Of a DNA stretch of 46,346 nucleotides, positions 1 to 11,843 are shown piece by piece. Under the pieces are notes generated by a model. That model did no database searches and had not been told where the DNA came from. It was given only the letters and a program-made list of their open reading frames with translations. Both the position numbers and the translations under genes were made by a program. Numbering within the stretch: the stretch's first letter is position 1; each line of letters starts with the position of its first letter. The DNA is from Nemertoderma westbladi. Taxonomy: Eukaryota; Animalia; Xenacoelomorpha. The DNA lies in assembly GCA_032718475.1 (NCBI GenBank), contig JAUCBJ010006609.1, forward strand, positions 1 through 46,346. Reading direction: 5' to 3'.

Positions 1-1210
1 GAGGCCTTGATGGATATCTAAGGTAGTTTTCTATGTCATGTCTATGTCAATTACATACATAATATTAAATTTGTGTTTTGTGTTTATTACCGAACTCGCC
101 TGCTCTTCAACAGTGTTTATTATACCGATATTTGATTCAGTTATTATTATCTTTTATTATATTAATTATCTTAAATATTATTACGTCATACCGTTGCAGG
201 ATAAAGACGAAATGCTTCCTGTATCTGGCAAATGAAGGCCGAAGGGCGGGATCTCTGATTGATGATGATTCCTAATCGCAATACGATGGAGCCTCACTGA
301 TTAATTGTTTTAATGTTTATTGAATTATTATTTTTTATATTTATTTAGAATACAATAAATTCAAAGTTAAAATAATACTTTATACCAAATTTCATTAAGC
401 CATTGAATAGATATAGCTCCAAACAGTTGCACAATGTACTAAACTGTATGGCAAAGGTCGACTCCACCCCGCGTGTTAGTATAACCCACCCTAACCCACC
501 TCCCTGTGTTCATTTCCATTCTCACCCTCAATACGAATAAAATGCAGATTAAAACGAAAGCTACTATTTATAATCGAAGTCCAGTCACCTCTCGGAACGT
601 GGGATCATCACACGTCAGGGCATACACATACTGGCTCAGCGAAATTAAACTAAAAAGTTACTAATAAAAATAGTTTAGAATAATGATGAAATTATTACTT
701 ATAAATAAAATATAATATGTGTAGGAATCCCTATCATGCATTGATGCTTACGGTGAGCAAAATAAACCAACGTTTTTTTCATCAGAATAAACAAACACAA
801 ACACTATAATAATATAAACTATAATATATTGAGCGCCAAAATTAACCAACTTCTGCACTCTATTTATAAAAATTAAAACTATGAAATTTATGGTATATTA
901 TATAGTATTATATAGTACAAGATATGAACTACATACTACAGTATCAACATGAATAGAATAATAACTGGAATAGAATAATCGACGTGTTTTACTGAGATTT
1001 AGTCCTGTTTTACGGACAACATTTTCCGTCTTTGTTTTGGCTTATGTCCAAACAATCGTGGGGACAGAGGAAATATAACTATATAAGAAAGTACATAAAG
1101 TAGCGATAATTGAAAGATATATTGACCATATTGGGGAGATCGATCTTGTAGATACTATGAGCGGCGATGTAATAGAGTTGAGTTGAGAAGAGTTGAGCAG
1201 ACACAAAATA

Positions 1211-2767
1211 TTAATCTGATAGCAGTATTTCAGATACCTTCAGTATCTTCCGTTTCACTTCGACGGGATCGTCACCAAGGCTCTCCAAGGCGGCCCCCCA
1301 GGCAACAACCTGGCTTTCAATAAGCCTCTTCAAGGGTGTAGCCGGAGGTTGTTGAGCAGTGGCGACTGCCCCAGAACCTCTAAAGGGCGAGGTGTATGAT
1401 GGCGACATTGGTGGCGGGGGTGTCGGTGTAGGCGGTGGGGTCGGTGTCGGAACGGGGGGGGTTGACGAAATCTCCTCCTCATACGGGAGAGGAACTCCCG
1501 CCACAACAGAAGAACTCGGCATTAATTCCTATATTAAAAGTTGATAAATCAGTTAATTATTGGAATCACTATGACATTCAAACTTAGTTAAATCTTGAAA
1601 CAAAGCGACATGCTGCTGTTAGGGGGTCCATCATAAGTTAAATAAATACAAATAGATAAGGGTCTTCCCCAACGGTAAAAAAAAAATAATTAAATAAATA
1701 ATTGAATTAATTTAAATTAATTCAATTATTTTTTTTTTACCGTTGGGGAAGACCCTATCTATATGTATTTATTAAACTTAGTTAACAACGACTGATTACG
1801 AACAACAATGAACCCTAACATTTACTGTTTTGGTTAGGCTGCGACTATAACCTGTTTCTTTCCCTTATTTGACAATTAACAATGTTTATTCGACCAGGTG
1901 GGATTTTCCCCACCTGGTCGCACATAGTCGCGCCCCCCCCCCCCCCCCCCCCCCCATTTTACATAACATGATCTACGTTACTTAAGTTAACTGGACTGCA
2001 CTTCTGGGGTTCGAACACATGAACTTTGTGATATATAGAAGAGTTACAGAATAGGCAACTTACCTTGCCAGTGGTCCGGCCAGTACTATACAGGGTCTTT
2101 AGACCCTGGTAGTGCCGGATCTTTAAATTGCGAACTTCGCAAATGCTCCCTTTTGTTAGATTTAGCCGGTTCTCCAGAAACTTTCCTGGCTCCCACACAG
2201 TAAGTGTACACTCATTTGTACCGTCTCTTAGAGTATACGTTCGTATTGGGACTTCTTTCCCCGATACGGTGGCAACACCGTCCTCCGCGTCTGCCACATA
2301 TGCGACAATAACTAAAAATGAATTAGTCATAGAAATATCATTCAGCCAAGTCTGAAGTCTGTAAGGTACCCAATAAACTATACAGTTCAGTTGGATAATA
2401 ATATAAGCTTCTGAGCTTTCTGTATTTTAGTCGGGTTGGTGTTTCAGATAAAATAATACATTATTTTCAATATCTGAAGCGGTAGTCAAGACATATGATT
2501 GATGTATATTGTTTAATTGTTTGATAAACTATAAAAATTAACTATAAAAAACGTTGTTTACGGAGCACCGTAGCACTTTGTGTTTACAGTACGGTACACA
2601 GTAATTAAGGCAGACTTATTTTCTATGAAGACTCGGAAACAGGGAAATCGAACAGACAGTAAGTGGGAAGTAGACCTACATACGTAAATTAGATACATAC
2701 CTGACACAAATCCGCCAATCAATCCGTTAATCAATGGTCCCAAGCTCATACGTGGTTCCTCGTCCAT
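1211..2767 (-). CDS. Three-exon gene, ~210 aa: OB-fold (RPA/SSB-like) domain, Pro/Thr-rich linker, C-terminal helix. Exons 2767-2701, 2311-2064, 1528-1211
   Basis: Three separate ORF-track pieces join in frame through canonical GT-AG introns (CAG|gtatgt...tttttag|TT, phase 1; AAG|gtaagt...aatatag|GAA, phase 0), giving 67+248+318=633 nt. Exon 2 (IVAYV...IRTYTLRDGTNECTLTVWE...GSICEVRNLKIRHYQGLKTLYST) fits the OB-fold pattern (lxDxTg.i.vtvW). Confidence 0.75.
1634..1780. repeat. Near-perfect ~147-bp palindrome (MITE-like fold-back) in intron 2 of the OB-fold gene
   Basis: The arms ...AGGGTCTTCCCCAACGGTAAAAAAAAAATAATT and AATTATTTTTTTTTTACCGTTGGGGAAGACCCT... are reverse complements around the centre TTT|AAA at 1713/1714. 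Confidence 0.85.
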
Positions 2768-2853
2768 GGCGTGTAATTTTCACTCTTGTACGATTTATTT
2801 TAATAGGCCTACAGTAATAATAACAGGATACAGAATGCAAGACAACAAATACA

Positions 2854-3000
2854 GTGTACTGTATATAGAGGCAGACCAATCTAATCTACACCACTTTGTA
2901 GTCCAATAACCAATCACGCTAATTCATTAACCAGGCTCCTAAGTGTCTGCTGGCCGTGTACTGTAGAGGCCTGACCAATGTTACTTACACCACTTTATAG
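2854..3000. promoter_or_regulatory. Duplicated ~45-bp motif containing CCAAT, upstream of the OB-fold gene
   Basis: GTGTACTGTA(TA)TAGAGGCAGACCAAT...TACACCACTTTGTAG at ~2854 and GTGTACTGTAGAGGCCTGACCAAT...TACACCACTTTATAG at ~2956, with extra CCAAT copies between them. The promoter role is inferred from position. Confidence 0.4.
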
Positions 3001-3583
3001 CCCTCTACCGTTCCCCCGTGATGGCAGTGGCAGCTCTCATAAATCAAAATCTGATCTCACCTGCTATATATTATACACAGCAATAAATAGAACAACCGTT
3101 AACCGTATAAACTGTATTATACAACCTAATTAATCATTATATAAATGATAAATGGTCAGGCATAGATACAAATGGCAATTGGTTGAGCTATTAATTAATC
3201 AATTAGTTGGTAAATCAACTAATTGTATAATTGAATTTACCAAAAAATTAATTTCAAATTAAAATCGAGCAAATGCGGATAAATAAGATTTAAAATTATT
3301 CAAAAATCTTCATGCGGGAAAAAAGACTCGTAGGACGTACTCCACGTCGAATACCAAAAATGCCCAAAACAGAACGTCGAATACAGTACCTAATGGCGAA
3401 TACCGAACGCCGAAAACAGAAGGTGAATACCGAATGGTAATTAAATTACAGTAGTCTTAGTCTAACTATAAGACTTAGAATAAAGAATACCAATTGTATG
3501 GCTAACCTAGTGATTTGGGAGGTTTTGTTTCTGGGTCTGCCGACGATGGACCATAGAGCAGGGGCAGGCCGCCGCGATCCCGA

Positions 3584-4380
3584 TCTTATATATATGGAAC
3601 AATATTAATTCCCCTTAATATTGTATTATTGCAGTGTAATTCCCGAAATATCAGTGGAAGCATTGTAATTTAATAATATTTATTACATTGTGTACAAATC
3701 ATGGCTTCCAATTAACCATTGCGGCCCCCAATGCGAATACCTACTCGAATCAGCAAAGCTAAACTGCTACAGTGAATTGTTTTGGTTAAGAATAGACAGC
3801 CACTTTAACCTGTTCCTTTCTCTTAATTTATTATTAACATTATTGATTTGCCCTGATGGATTTGCGTCAATAGTTCGGCTCCCTGTTTCGAAATATAATT
3901 TATAATTATAAGTTAGTTCATTTTATTTTATCATTTGTGGAGAACTACTATTTCTTTAATTAAGGCCATGACTATATTTTCAATGCGCTTAGTATAACCC
4001 GTGCCCGTGACTCAGCTATTTCTCAACAAAATGCAGATTTTGTTACATATTTGGAATCTTTCAATGACACCTTTCCGTTTCTACCAACAAATCACTACAA
4101 GGACGTAAAATAACTGTGGTCGCGGTGCGACTTGTACAATGTTGTTTGAGGCACGTTTTTCAAACGGTTGTAGCAATAACTTGAAAGCGAAAATAAAACT
4201 TCTTACAGTAGGCCTACTCACCCAGCAAAACGTCGGTATGTCAAAATATCTTCGTTTCAAATCGTTTCTTTGTCTTCGTCTCAGCTGCTAAACTTAGTCC
4301 ATGTATGACTCGGGCGTAATGTTACATATCATACCTCAAGCACTAGAAAGCCGTGGCCCGAAGGGCCACGGGCTTTCTAG
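3584..4380 (+). mobile_element. Probable non-autonomous Helitron (upstream member of a head-to-tail pair)
   Basis: The 3' end is clear: hairpin CTAGAAAGCCGTGGCCCGAAGGGCCACGGGCTTTCTAG ending CTAG|T at 4380. The 5' end A|TCTTATATATAT at 3584 is tentative. Confidence 0.5.
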
Positions 4381-6462
4381 TCTAATATATATAAATCTCG
4401 ATTGTCTGTCTGTCTGTCTGTCTGTCTGTGTGTTTGTCATCGGCTATACAATCGAACCCATCTCGATGAAATCTCGCTTGCTATAGCTCGTTAGAAAGGT
4501 CTCGCCCTAACTCGTTGCAACGTAATACTCAGAGCCGTCTGAAGTTCGCCCGTCTGCCGCTAGAGGGCGATTTTCGTGATTTTCGGGCGAAATTTATCGA
4601 ATTATTTCGGTTCTTCTATCGGTAATTAATTGTTTAGAGGGGTAACATTTATCCCACCTGGTATAAAATTAACATGGGTAGATTCGCCGTGTCCCATTCT
4701 CACAAAGTTTTTATTTTATTCGAGTGTTTAATATAAATATGTATGATTATTTATTGATTAAAAATCAAATAGTGTATAAATATGTCATATTCGCCAAGCA
4801 GGATCGAATTGGCCTATAGTTATTGAATAGGGAAGAATTGTTTTCTGTATCATAGCAACGTTAAGGTAATTATTGAACTCGCAGCTAGCTGGCTGGGCAC
4901 AGATAAGGAGCTAGCAGGCTGGAGTGTTGATTGGGATGGGTTTGGGTTGTCTGTTGCGAATTGCTCAGAGTAATTCTGCTTTCTCAATCATTGGCTGCAT
5001 GGAAGGAGAGGTTTATAACATTTTTGTTTTACTGTTATGAATATTAAAAGTAAAATAATTATTTCTGTAGGCCTATACTTACTGTATTATTATTTTATCT
5101 AATATTATACATCTAATCTCGATGAAATCTCGCTTACTATAGCTCGTTAGATAGGTCTCGCCCTAACTCGTTGCAACGTAATACTCAGAGCCGTCTGAAG
5201 TTCCCCCATCTGCCGCTAGAGGGCGAATTGTCCGATAGTGAAAACCTGATCTCATTGGGTTGTTTTTAATGCTTTTGAGCTGAAACTTGGTAGCTATATA
5301 CTGCAGCATAGGCTGTATATTTCCGGAGTCACTGAGTTGTCCACAGTTCCCCAGTCTACCGTTAGAGGGCTAAATGTCTGAGAGTTAACATCTTCTCCAA
5401 CTTTGTTATTTATAATCCATTTAGACTGAACTTGGTAGGCATCTACTACAGCATAGGCTATATCTTTACTGAGTCGCGCAGAGTTGTCTACATTACCCGC
5501 GTCTGCCGCTAGAGGGCGAAATGTATGAAAGTTAACATCTCCTCCAACTTTGTTATTTACAATCCTTTTAGACTGAAACTTGGTAGGCATCTACTATAGC
5601 ATAGGCTATATCTTTGCGGAGTAGTAGAGTCGTCTACAGTTCCACAGTCAGCCGCTAGAGGGCGAATTTTCTGATAGTGAATACCTCATCCCATTTGGTT
5701 CTTTTTAATCATTTTGAGCTGAAACTTGGTTGGTATCTACTACATCATAGGCTGTATCTTTACGGGGTTGCAGAATCCTATTCACTTCCCCAGTCTACCG
5801 CTAGAGGGTGAAATGTCTGAAAGTGAACATCTTCTCCAACTTTGTTATTTACTAACGGTTTAGACTGAAACTTGGTAGGCATCTACTACAGCATAGGCTG
5901 TACCTTTACGGAGTCACAGAGTTTTATACAGTCCCCCCATCTGCCGCTAGAGGGCGACATATCTGATAGTGAACACCTCATCCCATTTGGTTCTTTTTAA
6001 TCCTATTGAGCTGGAACTTGGCAGGAATCTACTACAGCATATTCTGTATCTTTACGGAGTCCCAGAGTCGTCTACAGTTCTTCAGTCTACCGCTAGAGGG
6101 TGAAATGTCTGAATGTGAACATCTACACCAATTTTGTTATTTACAATCTGTTTAAGCTGAAACTTGAAAGGCAGGCATTTTACTTCACCATAAACCCCAT
6201 CTTTACCAAACTGCAGCGCCGTCTGCATTTCACCAGTCCGCAGGTAGAGGGTGGATCTGAAAGTGATCATTTTCTGAAAATTTTGATATTTACAATCTGC
6301 CTAAAGTTGAAACTTGACAGTTATCTCTTACAGTATGGGGGTGGTGTTTTATTTAATGATGGTGTCTGTTCCGTATGCAGTTCTCAAATCTCCCACACAT
6401 ATTCATATATCATCTGCACGTGCACTAGAAAGCTGTGGCCCGAAGGGCCACAGGCTTTCTAG
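4381..6462 (+). mobile_element. Non-autonomous Helitron with 5' (CTGT)n microsatellite and internal tandem array
   Basis: Begins TCTAATATATATAAA followed by (TGTC)n and ends in a GC-rich hairpin plus CTAG|T (6424-6462), nearly identical to the hairpin at 4343-4380. The 5'-TC...hairpin-CTRR-3' structure is the established Helitron signature. Confidence 0.8.
5115..6320 (+). repeat. ~146-bp tandem repeat array (about 8 units, two subtypes)
   Basis: The anchor CCG(C/T)TAGAGGG recurs at 5213, 5359, 5506, 5652, 5798, 5944 and 6090 (spacing 146-147), with an outlying copy at 4557. Each unit also has CTGAAACTTGG. Confidence 0.9.
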
Positions 6463-7055
6463 TATATTAATAAATCTTTTTAACCAAAGAATCTATTATT
6501 GTTTAACAATAAAGTTAATTATTTAATAGACAATGTTTTCTCGCTGAGACAGGGGGTGAGACACCTACAGGAGCAGGTTACTGAGGCACGTTATTATAAC
6601 CAAAACAATAAACAATAGCACAGATTACAGTTGTATTTGTGGGAGTAATCAGCTGTTATTTGTGTAGATTTTCCCCTGGAGAGGGATGTATTTTTATTGC
6701 CCCGAATCCCCCCTGTCTGTTTCATCTCTAAGACGAAATGATTCATAAAACAGAAAAGTAATTCTATTTGTAAAAGATAATTAAATAATATAATTCAAAG
6801 ATTCAGAAACTATATGTAACAACACAATATATGTTACAAACACACAACAATGGATGGTAGACTAATTATTAATTAACTAATTAATAACAACAGCACTAAA
6901 TGTATTTCCATAAATCGTAACGTTTAATTTTTAACTTTATTTATATTTTCCCAAACTAAAGAGTTTAAATTCGGTGAGTTTAACTAAAGATTAAAAGTTC
7001 CTCTTTCCAATACTTTTTTTCATCCTATAACTTTATTTCAATTAATTTCACTTGT

Positions 7056-8412
7056 TTATTTAGGAAGAGGCGGTTTTATTTCAATAATTTCAGCTAAGTG
7101 TTCTTGGTTAGTTTCCCTAAGTCCGTCACAGAACGTAAGAAAGTCTTTGTAGGGCCGTTTCTTAAGGATTTCAATAAGTTCATTGTTCCTTGTAAGACTA
7201 TCTGGATGTGATTTAATTTTTTCAACCTGATTTCCAGTTATAACAAATCGACTTTGTAGATAAATTATTAGTGGCTTTAATTCTAAATTATCAGCCAATT
7301 CCTATTGTCCCTCTGTGAGTTTATAAGGTACCAATAATTCCCTTAACTACCGTCTGTATTTCTTCCCCTAACGGACCCACCTTCCCAACGTATTTCCCTA
7401 TTTCTCCCCATTTTTTTGCTCCTTTTATTTTCTCACTAACTTCTCCTACATTAATATATTCTATCTGATCGGTTTGGTTTATATTAATTTTAATAATAGT
7501 TCCCTTTCTATAACCAATCAGTAGGTAATTCCCTTCTGGGTGGAAGTTAATAGAATTGAAATAGTTCGCCTCCCCACCCGGCCGACCCACAAACTCCTTT
7601 ATTACCCTCCCACCTCCATCTAATAAACTTATACACGATTAACCATCTATAAACGCGCTCCACACAGCAACCCTCCCACCCCGAGGTTCCCATTTAACCT
7701 CCGACCCTCCTACACTCTGTTCCCATAATTCCTCATAGGTTATAAAGGAAATACATTTAGTGAACCCGCGACCCCCTATTAACAGTTTAGTACCATCTGT
7801 ATTAAACGCTACCGACCAGACTTCCCTCTCCCCTTCCATAAGAACCTTTATTAGGTTCCCTTTGAGGTCCCAGAGATTAGCGGTTCCATCCCAGGAACCG
7901 CTAACTACTTGAGAACCATCTGTAGAGAATACAATGTCGGTTACCCAGTTACTGTGAGCCGCCCAAGTTTTATGAGTAAATAAATTACCTGTTGCGGTAC
8001 CGGAAGGATTTATTGTAATGATGGATAAAGTTCCATCATTACAACATGTGGATAAAACGTTGGGGTCCGATGGAGAGAAGGTGAGAGCGAACCGATCTGT
8101 TTCTGTAGACTCCGAGTTTATACGGAGTTCATTGTGAGCGACGTGGAACAACAGCTCACGACTCTCCGTATCCCAAACATTTACGCCCCCACCGTCCCCA
8201 CTAAAGACAGTTCCCGCGACTCTCTTGGCATCACTTGATATAGCGCATCAGGTTATTCCTCTCTTATCCTCATCTTTGTACCGCCCGATAACTCCGGGGT
8301 TCGATGTATCGCAAACAACGACGCCCTCGGAACCGGCGTACAGGAACTTGTCTCCATCCGGGAAATGTTGGAGGTCGCCCAGCCATATATTATCCGATAG
8401 AGCAGCTTCCAT
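7056..8412 (-). pseudogene. Intronless WD40-repeat plus C-terminal CARD (death-fold) gene, disrupted
   Basis: The ATG at 8412 is in frame with ORFs 8151-7639 and 7590-7321 across stops at 8250-8248 (TGA) and 7641-7639 (TAA). WD40 motifs include AHSNWVTDIVFSTDGSQVVSGSWDGTANLWD. After a frameshift near 7350-7440 and a TAG at 7304, a CARD-like segment follows (LELKPLIIYLQSRFVIT...LIEILKKRPYKDFLTFCDGLRETNQEHLAEII). Confidence 0.75.
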
Positions 8413-8986
8413 TGTTTTATCTGAGTTAATTAATTAATATTCAAGTATAAAAGTATCGGAATTAGTTATAAAATATATGCTATACAGTACTGTAGGCCTA
8501 CTGGTATAAATAGCCCAATAGGAGTTGGAATTTGGTCGGAACCAGTGCGGGAGCCGGAGTTTAGTTAAAAATATAAAAATTAAAATGTTTTAAATGTTTT
8601 AAATAAACATTTTATATTTTTTCGTTCAAGAAATAAAACATCGCTCATAATTAATATCACAATTTACGAATTTTCTCGTTAAAATGCCATTCCAGGAATT
8701 AATTTATCATCTTTACATCTGACAACAACATTTCACTAGTAAAAAAAATAGTGGGAAGAGTTTGTAATAATTATTCCAAATTAAAGTAGCAAAAATGCTT
8801 CAACAATAATATACAAACGTCGCCAAGATCACACTACCGGTACCGAGGCCTTGTAGGTGCCAGAGTAGGCCTACTGGTATCTAATTTATCTAAAATGTTA
8901 TTGCAAATAGATTTTCGTAGTGTATTTAACTACGTAGTAACACCAATACAGTAAGTGTTGTGGCATCGTCTATTCATAGTAATATA

Positions 8987-9072
8987 GGGTGTCGTTGCGT
9001 TACGGCTAATTTTTTGGGAGATTAGCCGTAACGCGACTTTTTAAAGTCGCGGTACGGCTACTCTAAAAGTCG
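8987..9072. repeat. Hairpin with short internal repeats, probably a DNA-transposon terminus
   Basis: GTTGCGTTACGGCTAAT...ATTAGCCGTAACGCGAC inverted repeat followed by a third copy GTCGCGGTACGGCTA. No partner terminus was found. Confidence 0.4.
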
Positions 9073-10506
9073 CTAATTAACTATTAATAAATGCCACAAA
9101 CTGCAAATTGATTTATTATTATACAAAAATGCCACAATTCCTAAAAATATGCCCTGTAATACAGTTGCAGTAATATAATAATCAATAATCTGATAATTCC
9201 TTAATAATAATTTGACTTAAAAAAACGTACTATAAAAAATGATCGATTAATTAAAAATTACTTAGGCCTATACTTATAAATTAGGTACATAACTAACTAA
9301 AAAAACTATTATTAAAATTTATTAATTATTAATAACATGAATAATAATTAGTAGGACTACTGTATAAAACGTCACAACAAATTACTGCAAAGTAATTCGC
9401 AACATAATTATATTGTAAAGTTATATTATTTAAAAAGTAAGAAATTAACTAAAAGTTACAATTAATACATGCAACAAGTATGGGCCACAATTCCAACTAA
9501 ACCTAGGCTATATGGGAACAATTGCAATTTTACTTTCTCGTTCGCGTCATCCCGCTTCATTACCATCGAGCAACGACAACATGTTGGGGGTGTTTACGGA
9601 CCGAGATTGTGTCTTATCCACCACTGAAAGACGGCTGCAGATGACAGGATGACATCCGCGAAATGTCTGCTAATTGTAAATCGTTTCAGGCACTTAAACT
9701 GTCATTCTTGCTCTCCTCCCCCAGTGTCGCCGGTATGATTGAACAGTAGGTAACGATAGTGCGGTTGTCTGGTACTGGCAGGGCGGTACTGACAGTCAGA
9801 CTGTCAGTACTAGGTAACGGTAGTGCGGTTGTCTGGTACTGGCAGGGCGGTACTGACAGTCAGACTGTAGGCCTAGTTAAATTAAGTTAAGTATTTTCTA
9901 GAAATTACAGTTATTTACAAGTGCTTCGCGAAGGGCACATCGTCCTTTGCAGCCGTAAAATTTATACCACATTAAATACAAGACCTGGCTGTCTGGGGTG
10001 TCTGTCTGTAGATTTTCCGGCAAATTGAAGGAAAATTAAGGAAATGGTGCACGAAAACAGGCAAAAATTTACTTTTCGAGAAAGAAGCCATGATTTTCTC
10101 ATGACTCATGATTTGCAATTGTGATGCTCGAAGCGAAAAATTACACGAATTTAAAATTTTTTTCTATGAAGTTGCACATAGGTTTTAGAAAGTGTATGTG
10201 TGAAATATGAGACAAATCGGTCCAAAAATAGCCACTGGGGAAAGGTGTTTGTCACTCTGTCTCAAATGTGATAGAACCAGGATGGAGGCCCCCAAACAGG
10301 AATGAGCCAATGGTAGGAATAATTATTATTCCAAAATAATCAAAAAACTGCTAAACATACTTCAACAATTTCAAAAGACCAATTGCGAAGATCGGACAAT
10401 CAAATTTATCTAAATTATATTGCAAATAGATTTTCCTAGTAACTATATAAAGGACTTATAACAGCAAATACGTGTTGGTGTTGTGGTACAGTTAATTCAT
10501 ACAGTA
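9061..10506 (+). repeat. ~1.45-kb dispersed repeat, copy 1 (empty site of the BEL insertion)
   Basis: Colinear with 14622-14873 plus 30891-31994. It carries a single AAAAC at ~9302-9306, where copy 2 has AAAAC-element-AAAAC, and a 64-bp tandem duplication at ~9746-9870 that copy 2 lacks. Confidence 0.9.
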
Positions 10507-10523
10507 GTACTCTATACGGAACC

Positions 10524-10650
10524 GGTGTAACAGCGGATTCTGTCCCCCCGCGGATATGGTCCGGGGGGACCGAATCCGCTAGCGGATTGAGTCCGGGGGG
10601 ACCGAATCCGCTAGCGGATTCTGTCCCCCCTCCGCAGATTGAGTCCCCCC
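10524..10650. repeat. GC-rich direct/inverted repeat cluster, probably one end of a non-autonomous TIR transposon
   Basis: TCCGGGGGGACCGAATCCGCTAGCGGATT occurs twice in tandem with the palindrome AATCCGCTAGCGGATT, flanked by GCGGATTCTGTCCCCCC copies. Confidence 0.5.
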
Positions 10651-10778
10651 TTAAATTATAATTTTACAGTACAGTCAGACAGTGCTGAGTGCAGCAGTAC
10701 TGGTACTGACATAGCAGCGTAGCTTATGCATTAAATTATAGACTGATTAAAACTGCAGTAGCTACCACTACTGGTAGC

Positions 10779-11675
10779 TCACTCGAGGTAGAAGTTTGAA
10801 GCACTAGCTCTGGTACTGTAAGGGTGTGTATCGCGCACTCTGTTGAATTTTTGTTTTAGGTAATTGGGACATTTACCATTATACACTTTATGCACATGGT
10901 TAAGGCGTAGCTGCTTAACTCTACTATCTAAGTTAAGTAGTCCAGATTCAGAAAAGTCATCTGGAGTTAGGTGGTGCCTAGGTTTATAGTCTTTAATAAA
11001 TCGTACTACTTTATTCTGAGCTACTTGTAATTTAGATTTAAGCTGTTTGGTTAAGCCTTCATACCAAGAAGAGCACGCATAGTCCATGTGACACTGTATT
11101 AAAGAAGAGCAAAGTAACTTGTGGGAGTCGGTGTTTAAACTATTTTTATTTCTGTATAGAAACCTAAGCCTACTGTTAACTTTCGAGAAAATATTTTTCA
11201 CTGTGCTTTCTCCTGATAAGCAGTTATCCAATGTGGCGCCTAAATATTTAACTTCCTTTTTATTTTCAATCTTATGTCCATTACTAGTGACTTCAAACTT
11301 AGTTACCTTCTTTAACTTTCTTTTGGAACCAAACAAAATACTTTCAGTCTTACCGTAGTGAATGGATAGCTTATTATCAACCAACCACTCATTACAGGAT
11401 TCTAGAACTGCACTTAACTTTTGGGAAATATGGATAGGATCTTTATGAGAGAAAATAAGAGCACTGTCGTCGGCATATAAAATGAGTTTAAAATCGGGAT
11501 CTATACTACTTATCAGTTCATTTACATAGCATACAAAAAGCAGAGGACCTAATATACTACCTTGCGGTACACCACAGGTAATCTCTTGTACAGTAGACTG
11601 CGATTTGCTAATGACTACAGTTTGACCTCTGTCTGACAGGTAGGACTTGAACCAGTCTATAGAACCTACACCCAT
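10779..11675 (-). pseudogene. LINE ORF2 fragment (RT core and C-terminus)
   Basis: WFKSYLSDR, GVPQGSILGPLLF, LYADDS, KYLG. Confidence 0.9.
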
Positions 11676-11843
11676 CAGGCATAACTTACCAAGCAGAATT
11701 TCGTGATCTACAGTATCGAAATGCCTTTTGTAGGTCCAACATTACCATACCAGTATATAAACTGGTTATTACATCTAATTGTATCAGTTAAGTTAATAAG
11801 ACAGGTGTCTGTAGAATATGATTTACGAAAACCGGACTGAAGT

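Noticed and set aside
38-275. Two 65-aa ORFs at the window start
   Set aside because: Low-complexity AT-rich translations without motifs.
3340-3440. Cluster of CGAATAC/CGTCGAA short repeats
   Set aside because: Resembles transposon subterminal repeats but is too short and unpaired to call.
5115-6320. Regularly spaced repeats as a CRISPR array, and ORFs 5294-5590, 6082-6270, 6100-6462
   Set aside because: Whole units are homologous (no unique spacers), the context is eukaryotic, there are no cas genes, and the ORFs are repeat translations.
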